A stretch of 24,000 nucleotides of DNA, taken from Aquificota bacterium (GTDB lineage: Bacteria; Aquificota; Aquificia; Aquificales; Aquificaceae). A program made the position numbers and the translations under genes. The stretch spans positions 1,317,700-1,341,699 of the forward strand of contig CP076324.1 of assembly GCA_018771605.1 (NCBI GenBank), read 5' to 3'. Below the pieces are notes generated by a model that saw nothing but the letters and a program-made list of their open reading frames with translations, made no database searches and was not told where the DNA came from. The number at the start of each line of letters is the position of its first letter. Positions within the stretch are counted from its first letter, which is position 1. Shown here in pieces: positions 16,399 to 24,000 of the stretch.

Positions 16399-17261
16399 TG
16401 CTTTCTGGAATACTCCTCGTAGACAAGCCAAAGGGCATGACCTCTATGGAAGTGGTGGAAGGCATTAAAAAAAGGTTTAAAGTAAAAGCTGGGCATAGTG
16501 GAACCCTTGACCCAATAGCCACTGGACTTTTGCTTGTCCTTATAAACGAGGCCACAAAGTTTTCCCAGTTTTTCACAAGCTTGGATAAGGCATATATCAC
16601 TGTAGCAAAGCTTGGTGAGATAACAGATAGCTATGACGCAGAAGGAGAAATATTGGAAACAAGGCCAGTAGAAATATCTTGTGAAGATGTAAAAAATGCT
16701 TTAAAAAGCCTTACTGGTACCATACTCCAAACACCACCGCCTTTTTCGGCAAAGCGTGTGGGGGGAAAAAGGGCCTATGAATTGGCAAGAAAGGGCCTAA
16801 AGGTGGATATAAAGCCGGTAGAGGTGCATGTTTACAAAGCAGAATTGAGAGAATGCAACCTACCACATGTTAGTCTATACTTTGAGGTATCTTCCGGCAC
16901 CTATATAAGGAGCTTGGTTCATCAGCTTGGCCTTGACCTCTCCTGCGGAGCCCATGTGGTAGAGCTAAGAAGGTTAAGGATTGGAAATTTTGGCGTGGAG
17001 AAGGCTATAAGCTACCATAGGCTTATGTCCCTTGAGGACCTCGCCGGGCTTTTGATACCCATAGGGGATGCCCTTGATTTTCTGCCAAGGATAAGCCTAA
17101 GTAGAGAACTTTCAAGAAGGATAAGGCACGGCATGCCTATAAGGCTTGAAAGGCCTTATGAAAGAACCTTTCTCAGACTGTATGAGATGGATAACTTTTT
17201 GGGTGTGGGCCTTATAGAGGATAATATGCTAAAGCCTTACAGGCTTATGCGAGAGCTTTAA
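16398..17261 (+). CDS. truB: tRNA pseudouridine(55) synthase
   Basis: [13 protein letters not shown] and the catalytic [14 protein letters not shown] motif, with [15 protein letters not shown]. It has a TGATG junction with the sigma gene. Confidence 0.92.
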   Translation: MLSGILLVDKPKGMTSMEVVEGIKKRFKVKAGHSGTLDPIATGLLLVLINEATKFSQFFTSLDKAYITVAKLGEITDSYDAEGEILETRPVEISCEDVKNALKSLTGTILQTPPPFSAKRVGGKRAYELARKGLKVDIKPVEVHVYKAELRECNLPHVSLYFEVSSGTYIRSLVHQLGLDLSCGAHVVELRRLRIGNFGVEKAISYHRLMSLEDLAGLLIPIGDALDFLPRISLSRELSRRIRHGMPIRLERPYERTFLRLYEMDNFLGVGLIEDNMLKPYRLMREL

Positions 17262-18317
17262 GCTTTTCTTCTATATCGTGTTCTATAAGGGCCTGTATAA
17301 TCTCATCCAGCTTTCCTTCCAATACATCTTGTAGCCTGTAAAGGGTAAGGTTTATCCTGTGGTCTGTAACCCTATTTTGAGGAAAGTTGTAGGTTCTTAT
17401 CTTTTCGCTCCTCTCTCCAGTGCCTACCTGTTGTCTTCTTTCCCTTGCCAATTCTTCTTCCTTTTGTCTTTCAAAAAAGTCCTTTAGCCTTGCATAGAGT
17501 ATTTTTAGGGCCTTCTGCCTGTTTTGGAATTGGGACCTTTCATCTTGACAGGAGACGGTTATACCAGTTGGAAGGTGGGTTATCCTTACTGCCGTTTCTG
17601 TAGTGTTTACATACTGGCCTCCCGCACCGCTTGCCCTAAAGGTCTCTATCTTAAGGTCCTTTGGGTCTATCTGTATTTCTGTTTCATCCGTTTCTGGGAG
17701 GACTGCCACGGTAGCCGTTGATGTATGTATTCTACCGCCCGCCTCCGTTGCTGGCACCCTTTGAACCCTATGAACGCCGCTTTCAAACTTAAGCCTTGAG
17801 TATGCTCCCTCACCCTCAATAAGGGCTATAACCTCCTTATATCCACCAAGGCCCGTTTTGTTGGCAGAGAGTATGCTAAACTTCCATCCCTTTTCTTCCG
17901 CATACTTTTGGTACATATGCAATAGGTCTGCCACAAAAAGAGCAGCCTCTTCACCACCCACACCAGCCCTTATCTCAAGGATAACGTTTTTGCTATCCTT
18001 TGGGTCTTTTGGTAGCAACAGAATTCTTATCTCCTTTTCTACCTTTTCCAGCTCTTTGGTAAGCCTTTCCACCTCTTCCTTTGCCAGTTCTTTTAGCTCT
18101 TCATTCTTTAAAAGTTCCCTGGCTTGTTGTAGGTCAGAAAGGATCTTTTTGTAGTTTTTGTACGCATTGTAAAGCTCCTCAAGCTCTTTTAGCTCCTTTC
18201 CAAGCTTTGTAAGCTTTTCTCTGTCAGAAACTACCTCTGGACTACTAAGTTGGTATTGAAGCTCCAAATACCTCTGTTCGGCTAACTTTAACTTCTCTTC
18301 AAGTTCCTGGCTAAGCA

Positions 18318-18318
<1 letters not shown>
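17245..18318 (-). CDS. prfA: Peptide chain release factor 1
   Basis: The GGQ motif ([23 protein letters not shown]) and the RF1-type PxT tripeptide (PATE). Confidence 0.95.
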
Positions 18319-21160
<2,842 letters not shown>

Positions 21161-21190
21161 TTATTGTAGAGGTTGATGGATTAGACAAAA

Positions 21191-21574
21191 TCACCAAAGA
21201 CCCATATAGACCCAGTCTAAAAATCGCCCGGTCCTTTGGTCCAAACCCACAAAAGAGGAAAGGGAGACCTTAAGAAATCTTTCCTTTTTCCAGTTCCACT
21301 CGGAGGGCAAAAGTTCCCATAACAACTGCCAAGGTATTAAGCTATAAAACATGGCAGTATCCTTTAGGGCTGAGAGGTTTTTCTCGGAGGTCAGAGGCAC
21401 CTTGTCAGGAAATACCACTTCCTTGACCTGTCCGTCATCAGAAATGCCCACCACAAGCCCAGTTTTTCCGTCCACCAGAACCCTAAAGCCTACGGGGGAG
21501 CCTTCATAAGGAAAGTTTGCTTTTATCTTTTCAACCCTCCCTCCAGGGAGGGCAACCCTCAAGCTTAGTTCCAT
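21191..21574 (-). CDS. Stand-alone 127-aa ORF resembling the N-terminal (3' DNA-binding) domain of primosomal protein N' (PriA); possibly a truncated remnant
   Basis: MELSLRVALPGG...GFRVLVDGKTGLVVGIS...ALKDTAMFYSLIPWQLLWELLP follows the PriA N-terminal pattern (V.VALP....Y.....G.RV.VPFG....G.VV........L..i.......p......l..wla.yY..p.g.vl...LP). No helicase domain follows. The start is trimmed from the track's 21748 because 21606-21748 is hsdM coding on the other strand. There is no SD. Confidence 0.4.
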   Translation of the reverse strand: MELSLRVALPGGRVEKIKANFPYEGSPVGFRVLVDGKTGLVVGISDDGQVKEVVFPDKVPLTSEKNLSALKDTAMFYSLIPWQLLWELLPSEWNWKKERFLKVSLSSFVGLDQRTGRFLDWVYMGLW

Positions 21575-21605
21575 GTTTTTAAAATAGTATAAGGAGGGCT
21601 TGAGG

Positions 21606-24000
21606 ATGAAATTAACCCTAAAACAGCTTGAGACACATCTTTTCAAAGCGGCAGACATACTGAGAGGGAAGATGGACGCCAACGAGTATAAGGAGTATAT
21701 CTTTGGCATGCTCTTTTTGAAAAGGCTCTCCGATGTTTTTGAGGTCAAAAGGGAAGAGCTAAGAAAGAAGCTTAAAAGCGATGGCTACTCGGACGAGGAC
21801 ATAGAGGAACTCCTTGAGGACCAACAATTATACGGAAGCACCTTTTTTGTGCCAGAAAAGGCACGATGGAACAACCTTTTGAACCTAAAGGAGGATGTGG
21901 GAAGCCAGCTAAACAAAGCCCTATCCGCCATAGAGGAGGCAAACCCAGAGCTTGAGGGAGTTTTAAAACACATAGACTTTAACGCCCAAAAGGGAAAAAC
22001 ACGGCTAAAGGACCAACAGCTTATAGACTTGATCCACCACTTTAACAAGTATCGGCTTACCAACGAAGATTTTGAGTTTCCAGACCTTTTGGGTGCAGCC
22101 TATGAGTATTTGCTTAAAGAGTTTGCAGACTCTGCGGGCAAAAAGGGAGGAGAGTTTTACACGCCTCCGGGAGTTAAAAAGCTTATGGTTATGCTTGTTA
22201 GACCACAGGAAGGCATGAGCATATACGACCCAACGGTGGGTTCCGGCGGCTTTCTCATTTCCGCCCGGCAGTATGTGGAAGAGCAAGGACAGGACCCCAC
22301 CAGATTATCCCTTTATGGGCAAGAGCTTAACGGTCTTACTTGGTCCATTTGCAAGATGAACATGATCCTTCATGACATAACCGACGCCCACATAGAAAAC
22401 GAAGACACACTAACCAACCCAATGTTTGTGGAGAATGGCTATATAAAGCAGTTTGATATAGTCCTTGCCAACCCGCCCTTTTCCCAAAATTACAGCCGGG
22501 CTAATATGAGATTTCCAGAACGATTTAAGTATGGCTGGACCCCAGAAACTGGCAAGAAGGCAGACCTAATGTTTTTACAGCATATGATCGCAAGCTTAAA
22601 GGAAGATGGCACCTTGGCAACAGTTATGCCCCACGGTGTTCTCTTCCGTGGAGGTGTAGAAAAGGAAATAAGAAAGCAGATCGTAGAGGATGACCTAATC
22701 ACCGCCATAATTGGCTTGCCCGCCAAACTCTTTTACAATGTGGGCATACCCGCCTGCATAATAGTCATAAACAAAAAGAAACCGCCAGAGTTAAAAAACA
22801 AGATACTTTTTATAAACGCAGACAGGGAATACGGAGAGGGAAGAAACCAAAACTACTTGCGACCCCAAGACATAGAAAAGATCGCCACAGTTTTTCACGA
22901 AAGGAGAGAGATCCCCAAGTATTCACGGCTTGTTTCCCTTGAAGAGATAAGAGAAAACGACTACAACCTGAACATAAGAAGGTATGTGGATAATTCACCA
23001 GACCCAGAGCCAGAGGATGTCCATGCCCACCTTTTGGGAGGTGTGCCAAAAAGGGAATTAGAAAGATACAGAGGGCAAATGCAAAAGTTTAGCTTTTCTC
23101 CAGACAAGCTTTTAAAGACAAAGGACGAGCATTACATGGAGTTCATCCAAGACCTAAAGGAAAAAAGCCAAATAAGGCAGATAATAGAGCAAGACCAAGA
23201 GGTGGAAAAGGTCATTTTAAGGCACAAAGAGGAGTTAAAAACATGGTGGCACCAAGTAAAGCCCCAAATTGAAAACTTCCCCCACAAAACCAACAAAGTT
23301 CTGTGGGACTTCAAAGGCACAGCCTTAGCGGAGCTAAAACAAAGGCTTGGACCTCTTGGAGTTTTGGACGAGTTCCAGATCGCGGGAATTTTTGCCAATT
23401 GGTGGGAAGATTTAAGGTATGAATTTAAAAGCGTAGTCTCCAGCGGTTGGGACAGAAATCTGGTGGATGAAGAGGACCTAAAAGAAAGGTTCTTTAAAGA
23501 AGAAACCCAAGAGATAGATGAGCTAAACCAAAAGTTGAGCGAGCTTGAGGGAGAACTGAACGAGATCTTAGAAGAGGTGGAAGATTGGGACGAAGAAGAG
23601 CAGGGAGAAAAGACCCTCAAGAATGTAAAGGGCTATTTAAAGGAAATGCTAAAAGACCTAAAGGACTCCCAAACCGCCCAAGAGATAAAAGGGCTACTTT
23701 CAAGAATTGAAGAGAAAGAAAGAGAGATAAAAGCCATAAAAAGGACACTAAAAGAAAAAGAAGAACAGATTAAAAATAGCTTGGAAGCGAAAAGACAACA
23801 GCTAACAGAAGATGAAGCAAAGGAGCTAATCATAGGCAGGTTTTACAGGGTTATAGAGTCTTACCTTGAAAAGGAGCTAAACAACGAAAAAAAGGCACTT
23901 ATAAAAATCTTTGAGAACTTTTGGGACAAATACCAAACTTCTTTGGAGGAACTAAAAGAAGAAAGAGACCAAGAGGTGAGAAAGTTGGAGGAGTTTTTGG
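21606..24000 (+). CDS. hsdM: Type I restriction-modification system DNA methyltransferase subunit HsdM (N6-adenine), 3'-partial (runs off the window)
   Basis: This gene is not in the supplied track. I translated 21606-24000 by hand and found 798 codons without a stop. An SD (AGGAGGG) lies 8 nt upstream. The HsdM N-domain reads [49 protein letters not shown] motif I is [15 protein letters not shown] and catalytic motif IV is LANPPFS. A long charged/coiled-coil C-terminal region follows. Confidence 0.9.
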   Translation, partial: MKLTLKQLETHLFKAADILRGKMDANEYKEYIFGMLFLKRLSDVFEVKREELRKKLKSDGYSDEDIEELLEDQQLYGSTFFVPEKARWNNLLNLKEDVGSQLNKALSAIEEANPELEGVLKHIDFNAQKGKTRLKDQQLIDLIHHFNKYRLTNEDFEFPDLLGAAYEYLLKEFADSAGKKGGEFYTPPGVKKLMVMLVRPQEGMSIYDPTVGSGGFLISARQYVEEQGQDPTRLSLYGQELNGLTWSICKMNMILHDITDAHIENEDTLTNPMFVENGYIKQFDIVLANPPFSQNYSRANMRFPERFKYGWTPETGKKADLMFLQHMIASLKEDGTLATVMPHGVLFRGGVEKEIRKQIVEDDLITAIIGLPAKLFYNVGIPACIIVINKKKPPELKNKILFINADREYGEGRNQNYLRPQDIEKIATVFHERREIPKYSRLVSLEEIRENDYNLNIRRYVDNSPDPEPEDVHAHLLGGVPKRELERYRGQMQKFSFSPDKLLKTKDEHYMEFIQDLKEKSQIRQIIEQDQEVEKVILRHKEELKTWWHQVKPQIENFPHKTNKVLWDFKGTALAELKQRLGPLGVLDEFQIAGIFANWWEDLRYEFKSVVSSGWDRNLVDEEDLKERFFKEETQEIDELNQKLSELEGELNEILEEVEDWDEEEQGEKTLKNVKGYLKEMLKDLKDSQTAQEIKGLLSRIEEKEREIKAIKRTLKEKEEQIKNSLEAKRQQLTEDEAKELIIGRFYRVIESYLEKELNNEKKALIKIFENFWDKYQTSLEELKEERDQEVRKLEEFL

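Noticed and set aside
21575-21748. The upstream 58 codons of the 185-aa minus-strand track ORF ([27 protein letters not shown]...).
   Set aside because: It is antisense to the highly conserved HsdM N-terminal domain ([24 protein letters not shown]...) and is a low-complexity S/L/F sequence. I trimmed the gene to the ATG at 21574.
21785-23833. Six minus-strand track ORFs (92, 93, 78, 79, 162 and 66 aa) that might look like a cluster of small Ser/Phe/Leu-rich secreted or membrane proteins.
   Set aside because: All are antisense to the continuous hsdM frame. The purine-rich GAA/AAG/GAG codons on the plus strand give stop-poor TTC/CTT/CTC frames on the minus strand.

Overview
This is a gene-dense bacterial chromosomal segment with many 1-40 nt gene overlaps and almost no intergenic DNA. 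The K/E/R-rich proteins, the gene content and the tRNAs without encoded CCA suggest a thermophile of the Aquificae type, but that taxon call is inference only. I can support 30 protein genes and 2 tRNAs. Most are housekeeping. On the plus strand: two GT4 glycosyltransferases, panC-ribH-nusB, csp, folC-engB-lipA-gap, tRNA-Pro/tRNA-Arg, and a BioH-like esterase-bioC-htrA-sigma-truB. On the minus strand: tandem tatA and alaS-rpmE-prfA. Two parts are not ordinary housekeeping. (1) 2642-6499 (minus) holds seven translationally coupled genes built around a P1B-type ATPase. This ATPase keeps all catalytic motifs but has no Cys/Met metal ligands in its membrane domain. Its partners are a membrane-anchored copy of its own N-terminal HMA-like domain, two single-pass GxxxG plus coiled-coil proteins, a soluble coiled-coil protein, an unknown 85-aa protein and an SCP2-like lipid-binding protein. 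I cannot match this combination to a described system, and it is my top candidate for something new; ferrosome (fez)-like or PacL-platform-like function is a hypothesis only. (2) At the right edge, a type I R-M methylase gene (hsdM, 21606 to beyond 24000) is missing from the supplied ORF track because it has no stop in the window. All track ORFs over it are antisense artefacts. It sits 31 bp from a stand-alone PriA-N-terminus-like ORF. A second tatA (58 aa) is also missing from the track. I saw no CRISPR array, IS element, integrase or rRNA.
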